From NCBI GenBank assembly GCA_052389275.1, contig JBQTID010000004.1, positions 581 through 64,580 of the forward strand: DNA of 64,000 bases. The letters run 5' to 3'. The stretch is from Gemmatimonadota bacterium (GTDB taxonomy: Bacteria > Gemmatimonadota > Gemmatimonadetes > Longimicrobiales > RSA9). Within the stretch, counting starts at the first letter, position 1. Each line of letters begins with the position of its first letter. Under the pieces are notes generated by a model. That model ran no database searches and had not been told where the DNA came from. It saw only the letters and a program-made list of their open reading frames with translations. The translations under genes and the position numbers were made by a program. Below, piece after piece: positions 9,769 to 18,379 of the stretch.

Positions 9769-10310
9769 GCACGCAGCGTTTGATCGTTTTGACCGGCAAG
9801 CAGCCCGTGCGGGCGCATCTGCATCTCGTGTCTCCCGCGTCTGCGAACGAGGTAGTGCTGCGCGAGGCGTTGCCGACCGACGTCGAGGAAATGCACTCGT
9901 TGCTCGACGGCTTCGCTCGGCAAGGGCTGCTGCTGCCGCGGGCAGTGGAAGAAGTCTATCGCAACTTCCGCGAGTTCGTGGTGGCCGAACACGATGGCCG
10001 CATCGTTGGCTGCGCCGGGCTGCGCCTTTATTCATCGGCTGTCGGCGAGATCGTTGGGTTGGCGGTGTCGGAGGAATCGCATGGGCGTGGTATCGGCCGT
10101 CTCATGATCGAGACGTTGCTGGCACAGGCGAAATCACTCGGGCTGACGCGGCTGCTCGCTTTGACGCTGCAGCCGGACTTTTTCTACAGGCTCGGTTTCG
10201 AGCCTACGCTGGTCGCGGAGTACCCGCAAAAGATCGCGGCTGATTGCAGCCGCTGCGCAAAAAGAGCGACGTGCATTGAGATCGCCGTCGCATATGACTT
10301 GACTGCCTAG
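9765..10310 (+). CDS. GNAT-family N-acetyltransferase, probable short-form N-acetylglutamate synthase
   Basis: 181 aa. TTG start overlaps the argD TGA (TTGA). GNAT core IVGCAGLRLY...GEIVGLAVSEESHGRGIGRLMIETLL. Embedded between argD and argG. The function is inferred from context. Confidence 0.6.
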   Translation: MSTQRLIVLTGKQPVRAHLHLVSPASANEVVLREALPTDVEEMHSLLDGFARQGLLLPRAVEEVYRNFREFVVAEHDGRIVGCAGLRLYSSAVGEIVGLAVSEESHGRGIGRLMIETLLAQAKSLGLTRLLALTLQPDFFYRLGFEPTLVAEYPQKIAADCSRCAKRATCIEIAVAYDLTA

Positions 10311-10324
10311 ACGGAGATGAAGAG

Positions 10325-11572
10325 ATGGCAATGACCGTTGTTCTGGCGTACTCTGGCGGCCTGGACACATCCATCATCGTGCCCTGGCTGCGCGAGAAAT
10401 ACGAGGCCGAGGTCATTTGCGTCGCCGCTGATGTTGGTCAGGGCGAGGAGCTCAGCGGACTGGAGGAACGCGCAAAGGCGCAAGGCGCGCAGACCTGCAT
10501 CGTGCAGGATCTTCGCGAGCAGTTCGTGCGCGAGATCATTTGGCCGACGCTGCGCTCGGGCGCGATCTACGCCCGCAAGTATCTGCTCGGCACTTCGATG
10601 GCGCGGCCGATCATCGCGCGCGCACAGGCGGAACTGGCTGTCCATTTGGGCGCCGATGCGCTCGCACACGGTTGTACGGGCAAGGGTAACGATCAGGTTC
10701 GTTTCGAGCTGGCGTATGCGGCCTTCGCGCCCAACATGCGGGTCATCGCGCCGTGGCGCGAATGGGAAATTCGGTCACGTGAGGACGCGATCGACTACGC
10801 AAACGCGCGTGGTGGTCTCGGCATCACGGCGACCAAGGAAAAAATCTACTCACGGGATCGCAATCTCTGGCATGTCTCGCACGAGGGCGGCCCGCTCGAG
10901 GACCCGAATGTCGAGCCGCCGGCGGACATGTTCATGCTGACGAACTCGCCGGAAGCTGCGCCGAACGCCGCGGAATATCTGGAAATTGGCTTCGAAGCGG
11001 GCTATCCGGTCAGCATCAATGGCGAGATTTTCAATCCGGTCGCGATGATCGAGGTCTTGAACGAGATCGGCGGCAAGCACGGCGTCGGCCGCGCGGACAT
11101 CGTCGAAGACAGACTGGTCGGCATCAAGTCGCGTGGCGTTTACGAGACGCCGGGTGGCACGCTGCTGTACATGGCACACAGCGAGCTGGAGCAGCTCGTG
11201 CTCGATCGACGGGCGCTGGCACTGAAGGATCAGGTTGCGCAAAAATACGCGGACCTGGTTTACGAGGGTCGCTGGTGGGGCACAGAGCGTGAAGCGCTCG
11301 ATGCGCTGGTCGACCGAACGCAGCAGCGCGTGACCGGCTCGGTTCGGATGAAGCTGTACAAGGGCAATGCGATCATCTCGGGTCGCAAGAGTCCATACTC
11401 GATGTACAACGAGGGTCTTGCTTCGTTCGGCAATGATGGCAGCTATGATCATGCCGACGCGGCCGGCTTCATTCACCTCTTCGGTTTGCCTACGCGCACG
11501 GAAGCGGCGCAGGCGCAGAAGGCGGAGGCCGAAGCAGCGGTTCCCACGCACAAGATCAAGGTGATTGCGTAA
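10325..11572 (+). CDS. argG: argininosuccinate synthase
   Basis: 415 aa. VVLAYSGGLDTS ATP-binding motif, AHGCTGKGNDQVRFE, GRADIVEDRLVGIKSRGVYETPGG. Confidence 0.95.
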   Translation: MAMTVVLAYSGGLDTSIIVPWLREKYEAEVICVAADVGQGEELSGLEERAKAQGAQTCIVQDLREQFVREIIWPTLRSGAIYARKYLLGTSMARPIIARAQAELAVHLGADALAHGCTGKGNDQVRFELAYAAFAPNMRVIAPWREWEIRSREDAIDYANARGGLGITATKEKIYSRDRNLWHVSHEGGPLEDPNVEPPADMFMLTNSPEAAPNAAEYLEIGFEAGYPVSINGEIFNPVAMIEVLNEIGGKHGVGRADIVEDRLVGIKSRGVYETPGGTLLYMAHSELEQLVLDRRALALKDQVAQKYADLVYEGRWWGTEREALDALVDRTQQRVTGSVRMKLYKGNAIISGRKSPYSMYNEGLASFGNDGSYDHADAAGFIHLFGLPTRTEAAQAQKAEAEAAVPTHKIKVIA

Positions 11573-11581
11573 GACGCACGC

Positions 11582-12985
11582 ATGCGAGAAGTGGCCAACA
11601 TGGAACATGGGACAGTGGTCCGGTTGTGGGGCGGCCGGTACGGGAGCGGACCGGCACCGACGCTCGCAGAGCTGAACAACAGTCTGCCGGTCGATCGTCG
11701 CCTGTGGCGCGAAGACATCGAGGCGAGTCGCGCGTGGGTGCAGGGCTTGTTGCGGGCCGATGTATTGACGCGCGACGAGGCGCAGACGCTCGACCATGGC
11801 CTGCTCGCCGTGCAATCGAGGCTGGCCGAGTCGTTTCCGCAGGACCTGCCCGATGAAGACATCCACTCGCTCGTGGTGCGAATGCTATTTGCTGAAGTCG
11901 GCGATGTAGCGGGCAAGCTGCACACCGGCCGTTCGCGCAACGATCAGGTCGTCACCGACACGCGTCTATGGACGATGCGAGCGGGCGCGCAGGTCGTAGA
12001 AGAGATCAAGGCGGTTCAGGCTGCGCTGCTCGAGCTGGCCAAGGCGAATGTCGACGTGCTGATGCCGGCCTACACGCATTTGCGACGCGCCCAGCCTGTG
12101 CGGGTTACGCATTGGCTGCTTGCTCATTTTTGGCCGCTCGAGCGTGACCGGCAGCGGCTGGTTCAAGCGCTCGAGCGTGTCGCCGTACTGCCGCTCGGTT
12201 CCGGCGCGATTGCGGGCTCCGGCTTCAATGTGGACCGCACGCTGCTCAAGGAGCTACTCGGATTCAAGTCGATCACATGCAACTCGATCGATGCGGTTGG
12301 AGACCGCGACTGGGTTGTCGAAATCGTGTTCACGGCGGCGCTGACCGGCTCGCATTTGTCGCGCATCGCAGAAGACCTCATCATTTTTTCGGGTGACGAA
12401 TTCGGTTTCATCACACTACCGGAGGCTTATACTACCGGCTCGAGTCTGATGCCGCAGAAGCGGAACCCTGACGGCCTCGAGCTGGCGCGCGGTAAAGCCG
12501 CGCGACTGCTGGGTGATGTGGCTGGTGCGCTCGCAATGTTGAAGGGTCTGCCGAGCGGCTACAACAAAGATGTGCAAGAGGACAAGGCACTGCTGTTCTC
12601 CGCGATCGACACGATGATGCTCGTGCTGCCGGCGACACGCGAGACAATTGCCGCGCTGCGCTTCAATAGTGAGCGGCTCGCAGCCGTGGTCGAGCGCGAA
12701 GATCTGCTCGCGACCGACCTCGCCGACGAGCTGGTCCGCCGGGGCGTGCCATTTCGCGAGGCGCACAGCGCGGTCGGCAAGCTGTTGCGTATTGGCGACC
12801 AAGCCGGAACCAGCGTTGGCGAGCTGGCCGATGCGATCTGGCAGAGCGTGCATCCGGCATTCGTGAAAGGTCCGGTACCGCGGCCGACCGCCGAAGCCTC
12901 GGTCGAAGCACGCCAGGTCGCAGGTGCGACCGGAAAAAGCGCGGTGCTGCACCAAATTGCGGAAGCGGAGGCTGCGTTGAAATAA
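11582..12985 (+). CDS. argH: argininosuccinate lyase
   Basis: 467 aa. LWGGRY..., fumarate-lyase signature GSSLMPQKRNPD. The start could alternatively be ATG 11600. Confidence 0.95.
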   Translation: MREVANMEHGTVVRLWGGRYGSGPAPTLAELNNSLPVDRRLWREDIEASRAWVQGLLRADVLTRDEAQTLDHGLLAVQSRLAESFPQDLPDEDIHSLVVRMLFAEVGDVAGKLHTGRSRNDQVVTDTRLWTMRAGAQVVEEIKAVQAALLELAKANVDVLMPAYTHLRRAQPVRVTHWLLAHFWPLERDRQRLVQALERVAVLPLGSGAIAGSGFNVDRTLLKELLGFKSITCNSIDAVGDRDWVVEIVFTAALTGSHLSRIAEDLIIFSGDEFGFITLPEAYTTGSSLMPQKRNPDGLELARGKAARLLGDVAGALAMLKGLPSGYNKDVQEDKALLFSAIDTMMLVLPATRETIAALRFNSERLAAVVEREDLLATDLADELVRRGVPFREAHSAVGKLLRIGDQAGTSVGELADAIWQSVHPAFVKGPVPRPTAEASVEARQVAGATGKSAVLHQIAEAEAALK

Positions 12986-13079
12986 TCGCTCTCATTGCTC
13001 CCATCGCTCCTATCGCAAACTGGCCCACCATTTGCACCCCCAAATGCCCCGACGACGGTAAACATCAGGGGCAATATCA

Positions 13080-13763
13080 GTGAAAAATCCGTTCGCATCG
13101 AAGGACTTGTCGGAAACGCTCCGCCGGCGCGTCGAGCTCGCGATCGCGGTCGCGCAGGAGCGCTTGTTGAGCACGCACGTCAATCACGCGCTCGGTCTGA
13201 TCCAACTGGTCGGCGACCAGGTCCCTTTCGAGAACGCTCTCAACATCTACACGCGCATGCTGCGTCTTTCGGACGACGAGGCGCGTGTCATCACCACGCG
13301 TGCGCTCGCAATCCTCGGCGAGCGGGCAGCCGAAACCGAGGAGTGGCCTGAGTTCGCGTCGAGCACGCCGTCACCGCCTGCCGCGCCTGGTGAAACTGCG
13401 CGCCGCAAATTCATGAATACTTTCCGGCAGCGCCTGCGCGGGCGTGTCAAAGATGATCTGCGCCGCTGGGTCGAGCTGGCGGCCGCCCGAACCGAAATCG
13501 CGATTCTGGATACTCATGTCGACAATGCGATGAATTTCGTCGATTTGCTGGGCTCGGAGCTGACCTTCAACGAGGGTGTGGAGCTGTACCTCGAGGCACT
13601 CGAGGTTCGCGAAAGCATTGCGGAAGTCGCGTACTACATGGCGCTGACGCGACTCTCGGAAAAGTTCTTGCCGAAAGGCCCCGGCACCCCCGAAACCGAC
13701 AGTCCTAATTCAATAATGAATGTGCCGCGGCGGTTGAAGGTAGTGCAGAAAGAAGGCGCATAG
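13080..13763 (+). CDS. hypothetical protein with an internal two-fold repeat
   Basis: 227 aa with a GTG start. aa 9-83 and aa 122-196 align (LRRRVELAIAVAQERLLSTHVNHALGLIQLVGDQVPFENALNIYTRML vs LRRWVELAAARTEIAILDTHVDNAMNFVDLLGSELTFNEGVELYLEAL). A Pro/Ser-rich linker lies between them. No recognised family. Confidence 0.5.
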   Translation: MKNPFASKDLSETLRRRVELAIAVAQERLLSTHVNHALGLIQLVGDQVPFENALNIYTRMLRLSDDEARVITTRALAILGERAAETEEWPEFASSTPSPPAAPGETARRKFMNTFRQRLRGRVKDDLRRWVELAAARTEIAILDTHVDNAMNFVDLLGSELTFNEGVELYLEALEVRESIAEVAYYMALTRLSEKFLPKGPGTPETDSPNSIMNVPRRLKVVQKEGA

Positions 13764-13810
13764 CCGGAGCATGTTCCCATTTTCCCATGTTCTTCGTAGA
13801 TTCCGACCCC

Positions 13811-14722
13811 ATGGCAAAGGCCCTCAGGACCCGACAGAAAACCGACCGCGATTTGAGTGCGTTGCGCACGCGCGCGACTCAGATTCGACGACACATCGTC
13901 GAGATGCTGGCGGAAGCTGCCAGTGGCCATCCGGGCGGCTCATTATCCGCCGTCGAAATCGTGACCGCACTGTATTTCGGCGGTTTTTTGCGTTACGACC
14001 CCGACTATCCCGAGTGGCCGGAGCGCGATCGTTTCATCCTATCCAAGGGTCACGGCGTGCCGGTTCAATACGCCGCGCTGGCGGAAGCCGGCTTCATCCC
14101 CTTCGATGAATTGAGGACGCTGCGCAAGATCGACAGCCGGCTGCAAGGTCATCCGGTGCTAGGCACTGCGCCGGGAATCGAAGCGTCCACCGGCTCGCTC
14201 GGCCAGGGTCTCTCGATCGGACTCGGTATGGCGTTGGCCGCGAAGATGGACCGCAAGGAAACGCGCGTCTATGTGTTACTCGGTGATGGTGAATGTCAGG
14301 AAGGACAGATCTGGGAAGCCGCTCTGGCGGCAGGTCATCATCAGCCCGACAACCTCATTGCCATCGTCGACTACAACAAGTTTCAGCTCGACGGCGCGAC
14401 CGCCGAGATCATCGGCCTCGATCCTTTCGCGGAGAAATGGCGTTCGTTCCGCTGGGCAGTAAAGGAGGTTGACGGGCACGATCTCGGCGCTGTTATGGAA
14501 GGACTCGATTGGGCGGTGTCGCAGGATGGGCCTACGTGTCTGGTCGCGCATACCGTCAAGGGCAAGGGCGTCAGCTTCATGGAGGGCGAGAACGCGTACC
14601 ACGGCGTTGCGCCGACCGAAGAAGAGCTCGCAAAAGCGCTTGGCGAGCTGGATGGCGCACTGCACCGCGCGGAAGTCTCCATTGAGCGCAGCGCCGCGCG
14701 TGATCAGAAGGAGGGTAGGTGA
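13811..14722 (+). CDS. transketolase, N-terminal (TPP-binding) subunit
   Basis: ORF 13787..14722 (ATG at 13787 or 13811). GHPGGSLSAVEIVTALYF, SKGHGVPVQYAAL, LGDGECQEGQIWEA, typical of split transketolase subunit A. Confidence 0.9.
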   Translation: MAKALRTRQKTDRDLSALRTRATQIRRHIVEMLAEAASGHPGGSLSAVEIVTALYFGGFLRYDPDYPEWPERDRFILSKGHGVPVQYAALAEAGFIPFDELRTLRKIDSRLQGHPVLGTAPGIEASTGSLGQGLSIGLGMALAAKMDRKETRVYVLLGDGECQEGQIWEAALAAGHHQPDNLIAIVDYNKFQLDGATAEIIGLDPFAEKWRSFRWAVKEVDGHDLGAVMEGLDWAVSQDGPTCLVAHTVKGKGVSFMEGENAYHGVAPTEEELAKALGELDGALHRAEVSIERSAARDQKEGR

Positions 14723-15681
14723 AGGGAATTTACCCGGGGCTGACGCTCGGCAAGGCAACGCGCGATGCATACGGCGAGGCATTGCGCGAACTCGGGCGTG
14801 AGCACGCTGAAATCGTCGTGCTCGATGCGGACCTCGCAAAAAGCACGAAGAGCGCAATGTTCGGCGAGAAGTTTCCCGAGCGCTTCTGGAATGTCGGAAT
14901 TCAGGAAGCCAATATGGTCGGAATGGCGGGCGGCTTCGCAAGCAGTGGCAAAGTTCCGTTCATCTCGAGCTTCGCGGCATTCGTCATTCTCAAGGGATTT
15001 GACCAGTTGCGCATGGCGGTCGCGTATCCGCGCTTGAACGTGAAAGTCACGGGCAGCCACGGCGGCATTTCCATTGGCGAGGACGGCGCCAGCCAGCAAT
15101 CGGTGGAAGATGTTGCGCTTGCGTGCAGTCTGCCCCATTTCGTGGTCTGCGTGCCTAGTGACGAACACCAGATGCGCGCGGTCGTGAAGGCGGCCTACGC
15201 GCATGATGGGCCAGTCTACATCCGGTCAGGCCGGCCGAAGGCTCCTCTCATTTACGACGACGAGCCACGCGATTTCGCATTTGGCAAGGCAACTCGTATC
15301 CGTGAAGGCTCGGACGTGACCGTGATTGCGAATGGCCTAATGGTAGGCGCCGCACTGGTTGCGCACGATCGGCTGGCGGCGGAAGGTATCAAGACGCGTG
15401 TCGTCGATATGGCAACCGTGAAGCCGCTCGACGAGGATGAAGTGCGCGCGGCAGCGGTCGACACGGGCGCGATCGTAGCAGCCGAAGAGCATCTCGTGCA
15501 CGGCGGTCTGGGAGCTCGCGTCGCGCAGGCGGTAGTTCGCACGCAGCCGGTGCCGATGGAATTCGTCGCACTGGATGATATGTACGCCGAGAGTGGCGAT
15601 CCGGAAGCATTGATGAAGAAGTACGGACTCACGGCGGAGCAGGTTATTGCAGCCATACGTCGCGTGCTGCAGCGGAAGTAA
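14719..15681 (+). CDS. transketolase, C-terminal (pyrimidine-binding) subunit
   Basis: 320 aa. GTG start overlaps the upstream TGA (GTGA). NVGIQEANMVGMAGG, THGGISIGEDGASQQ. Confidence 0.9.
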   Translation: MKGIYPGLTLGKATRDAYGEALRELGREHAEIVVLDADLAKSTKSAMFGEKFPERFWNVGIQEANMVGMAGGFASSGKVPFISSFAAFVILKGFDQLRMAVAYPRLNVKVTGSHGGISIGEDGASQQSVEDVALACSLPHFVVCVPSDEHQMRAVVKAAYAHDGPVYIRSGRPKAPLIYDDEPRDFAFGKATRIREGSDVTVIANGLMVGAALVAHDRLAAEGIKTRVVDMATVKPLDEDEVRAAAVDTGAIVAAEEHLVHGGLGARVAQAVVRTQPVPMEFVALDDMYAESGDPEALMKKYGLTAEQVIAAIRRVLQRK

Positions 15682-15694
15682 AGAGGAGGAAGTC

Positions 15695-16579
15695 GTGAAC
15701 CAGGAGATGCTTCAGAAGGTTCGTGAGGGCGACGGCTTCATTGCTGCCCTCGACCAGAGCGGTGGCAGTACCCCGAAGGCGCTCAAGGAATACGGCGTCG
15801 GCGAAGACGCTTACTCCAATGAGTCTGGGATGTACGATCGCATTCACGAGATGAGGACGCGCATCATCACGAGCCCCGCATTCGACGAGCGCGTCCTCGG
15901 CGCCATCCTCTTCGAGAATACGATGGACCGCGACATCGATGGACGCGGCACCGCCGAGTATCTGTGGACGCAGAAGCGCGTCGTCCCGTTCCTGAAAATC
16001 GACAAAGGGCTCGCTGCCGAGGAGAACGGCGTGCAGCTCATGAAACCAATCGGCGGCCTGGACGCGCTGCTCGCGCGCGGCCGTGAGAAGGGCGTGTTCG
16101 GCACGAAAGAGCGATCCTTCATCAAGCGCGCGGACCGCAATGGCATTCAGGCAATTGTGGATCAGCAGTTCGAGATCGGCCGCCAGGTTCTGGCCGCCGG
16201 GCTCGTGCCGATCCTCGAACCCGAGGTCGACATCCACGCGCCCGACAAGCGCGCGGCCGAGGCCATCCTGCGCGATGCGATCCTCGCCGGACTGGATAAG
16301 CTGCCGCAGGACAAGGTCGTCATGCTCAAGCTCACGCTGCCCGAAGAAGACAATTTCTACCGTCCCCTGGTTGAGCAGCCTCGCGTGCTCAAGGTCGTGG
16401 CACTGTCAGGTGGTTACAGCCGGGACGACGCAAACGAGAAGCTCGCACGCAACCCGGGTGTGATCGCCAGCTTCTCGCGCGCGCTGACCCAGGGCCTGCA
16501 TGTCGATAAGAGCGACCAGGAGTTCAACGCGACGCTCGACGAGGCGATCGGAAGCATCTACGCGGCGTCGATCGCATGA
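15695..16579 (+). CDS. class I fructose-bisphosphate aldolase (bacterial type)
   Basis: ORF 15647..16579. GTG at 15695 is preceded by AGGAGGA. GFIAALDQSGGSTPKALKEYGV and PFLKIDKGL motifs match bacterial class I FBA. Confidence 0.85.
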   Translation: MNQEMLQKVREGDGFIAALDQSGGSTPKALKEYGVGEDAYSNESGMYDRIHEMRTRIITSPAFDERVLGAILFENTMDRDIDGRGTAEYLWTQKRVVPFLKIDKGLAAEENGVQLMKPIGGLDALLARGREKGVFGTKERSFIKRADRNGIQAIVDQQFEIGRQVLAAGLVPILEPEVDIHAPDKRAAEAILRDAILAGLDKLPQDKVVMLKLTLPEEDNFYRPLVEQPRVLKVVALSGGYSRDDANEKLARNPGVIASFSRALTQGLHVDKSDQEFNATLDEAIGSIYAASIA

Positions 16580-16611
16580 CTGGTGACTGGTGACCGGTGA
16601 CTGGTGACCGG
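16577..16611. repeat. tandem heptanucleotide repeat (TGACYGG)x5
   Basis: TGACTGG TGACTGG TGACCGG TGACTGG TGACCGG read directly. The first TGA is the aldolase stop codon. Confidence 0.9.
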
Positions 16612-16679
16612 GGGAGAAGATGAACGATATGGCAAACGCTCGAAGCGACGCCAGTGTGGGAGTGTGAGAGTGTGCGAGG

Positions 16680-17381
16680 TTGAACAACGTCGATAAACAA
16701 AAGCGGGCGGCTGCCGAAAAAGCGGTCGAGCTGATCGAGGACGGAATGATACTCGGACTCGGGACCGGCTCGACCGCACGTCACATTCTGAAGGTGATCG
16801 CAGAGCGGCGCGGTCGCGGCGAGCTGCGCAAGATCCGCGGCGTGCCGACGTCGCGCGCGACGCACGATCTCGCCACCCAGCTCCGGATACCGCTCACCAC
16901 ACTCGATCAGGATCCGCATCTCGATCTGGCGCTCGACGGCGCGGACGAAGTCGATCCGGATTTGAATCTGATCAAGGGTCTCGGTGGCGCGTTGCTGTGG
17001 GAGAAGATGGTCGCGCACGCGGCCGAGCGCCTGATCATTGTCGTAGACGAAAAAAAGCTGGTAACACAACTTTGTGAGCGCGCACCAGTGCCGGTCGAGG
17101 TGGTGACTTTCGCGTGGACTACGCACCTGCGTTTTCTCGAGGATCTGGGCGGCAAGCCGAAGCTGCGTGAGACACGCGCCGACGAACCATTCCTTACCGA
17201 CAGCGGGCATTACATCATTGACTGCGCGTTCGCGGACGGACTCGCGGATGCATGGCAGCTCGAAATGGAGCTGCAACAGCGGCCCGGCGTCGTCGAAAGC
17301 GGATTGTTTCTCGACCTGGCGGAAGCGGTAGTGGTAGCAGCCGAGGACGGCGTCAATGTGCTCGCGCGAGGAGAACCGTGA
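16680..17381 (+). CDS. rpiA: ribose-5-phosphate isomerase A
   Basis: 233 aa with a TTG start. KRAAAEKAVELIEDGMILGLGTGSTA, DGADEVDPDLNLIKGLGGALLWEK. Confidence 0.9.
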   Translation: MNNVDKQKRAAAEKAVELIEDGMILGLGTGSTARHILKVIAERRGRGELRKIRGVPTSRATHDLATQLRIPLTTLDQDPHLDLALDGADEVDPDLNLIKGLGGALLWEKMVAHAAERLIIVVDEKKLVTQLCERAPVPVEVVTFAWTTHLRFLEDLGGKPKLRETRADEPFLTDSGHYIIDCAFADGLADAWQLEMELQQRPGVVESGLFLDLAEAVVVAAEDGVNVLARGEP

Positions 17382-18040
17382 ACGTGAAAATCGCGCCATC
17401 GATTCTCTCGGCGGATTTCGCACGTCTCGCTGACGCATTGAAGCAGGCCGAAGATGGCGGCGCTGACTGGATCCATGTCGATGTCATGGATGGTCATTTC
17501 GTGCCGAACCTGACAATCGGTGCGCCGGTTGTGAAAGCGTTACGGAAGGAAACCGATCTGCCGCTGGATGTGCATTTGATGATACAGAAGCCTGAGAATT
17601 TGATCGAAGCATTTGTCGATGCTGGTGCTGATTATTTGACGGTGCACGTGGAAGCGGCGACGCATCTGCATCGCACGATTGAGCGGATTCGTGAGCTTGG
17701 TGCAAGGCCTGGCGTTTCGCTCAACCCGGCTACGCCCTTGGATTCACTCCAGGAAATATTGCCGTACGTGGATCTCGTGCTGGTGATGAGTGTGAATCCC
17801 GGCTTTGGCGGACAGAGCTACATTCCGACGAGTACCAGGAAGATTGCGGCCCTGAAGAAGCTGGTCGAGGAGTGCGGACTTACAAACGTAGAGATTGAAG
17901 TGGACGGCGGTGTTTCGCCGCAGACGGCGCGGGAAATTGTAAGTGCGGGTGCGACCGTGCTGGTTGCCGGTGCGGCCGTGTTCAACAAACAGGGTAGTCC
18001 TGCCGAGAATATTGCCGCGCTACGGAAAAGCCTGGATTAG
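17378..18040 (+). CDS. rpe: ribulose-phosphate 3-epimerase
   Basis: ORF 17252..18040. GTG at 17378 overlaps the rpiA TGA. KIAPSILSADFARL, HVDVMDGHFVPNLT, MSVNPGFGGQ. Confidence 0.9.
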   Translation: MNVKIAPSILSADFARLADALKQAEDGGADWIHVDVMDGHFVPNLTIGAPVVKALRKETDLPLDVHLMIQKPENLIEAFVDAGADYLTVHVEAATHLHRTIERIRELGARPGVSLNPATPLDSLQEILPYVDLVLVMSVNPGFGGQSYIPTSTRKIAALKKLVEECGLTNVEIEVDGGVSPQTAREIVSAGATVLVAGAAVFNKQGSPAENIAALRKSLD

Positions 18041-18082
18041 CAATCCGTCGCGACGCCCAGCGCCTGACAAACTGCCTTGAAC
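18041..18082 (-). pseudogene. possible 3' relic of a second mazF-like gene
   Basis: The minus strand reads K-A-V-C-Q-A-L-G-V-A-T-D-C-stop, against K-T-V-C-Q-A-L-A-I-A-T-G-C-stop at the end of the intact mazF (18484..). 16 nt are identical (GTTTGTCAGGCGCTGG). The match is short and could be chance. Confidence 0.35.
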
Positions 18083-18130
18083 CCAAGGCACACGGAGTTA
18101 AATTCTCATGAGCGCGCAGGGTATTCCACC

Positions 18131-18379
18131 ATGGCGACGAAACGCATGCATCTTCTTTCGGCCGACGACGTGTTGCAACTTCCTCTTCCACCGGGCGTTT
18201 CCGGCTACGAGTTGGTGGACGGCCACGCCGTTGAAGTAATGTCTTCTGGCGAACTCCACAGCCACCTTACCGGCGAGGTGTTTGCCCGGTTGCGCAGCTT
18301 TGTGAAAGACCGTCCGGAGCGACCGAAGCACCTTCAGCAACGGATTCAAGATTATCTGGATGCCGGCCGGCGGGTGTAA
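18131..18379 (+). pseudogene. Uma2-family (DUF820) endonuclease, internally deleted and C-terminally truncated paralogue of 22181..22753
   Basis: MATKRMHLLSADDVLQLPLPPGVSGYELVDGHAVEV... aligns with the intact copy MATKPTRIYSADDVLYLTLPPDVSGYELVDGELVEV.... It jumps from VKDR straight to PERPKHLQQRIQDYLDAG, skipping about 60 codons that include PDLAVEVES, and stops after DAG. Confidence 0.7.

Noticed and set aside
16577-16611. Considered whether the short tandem repeats, or the repeated palindromes, could be a CRISPR array.
   Set aside because: The units are 7 nt with no spacers. The palindromic elements are single copies tens of kb apart. No cas genes are present.
16406-16779. Minus-strand ORFs encoding PVTSHQSPVTSH-type repeats (16406..16687 and 16558..16779).
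   Set aside because: They are the translation of the TGACYGG heptamer array. They overlap the aldolase 3' end and the rpiA 5' end and have no supporting features.
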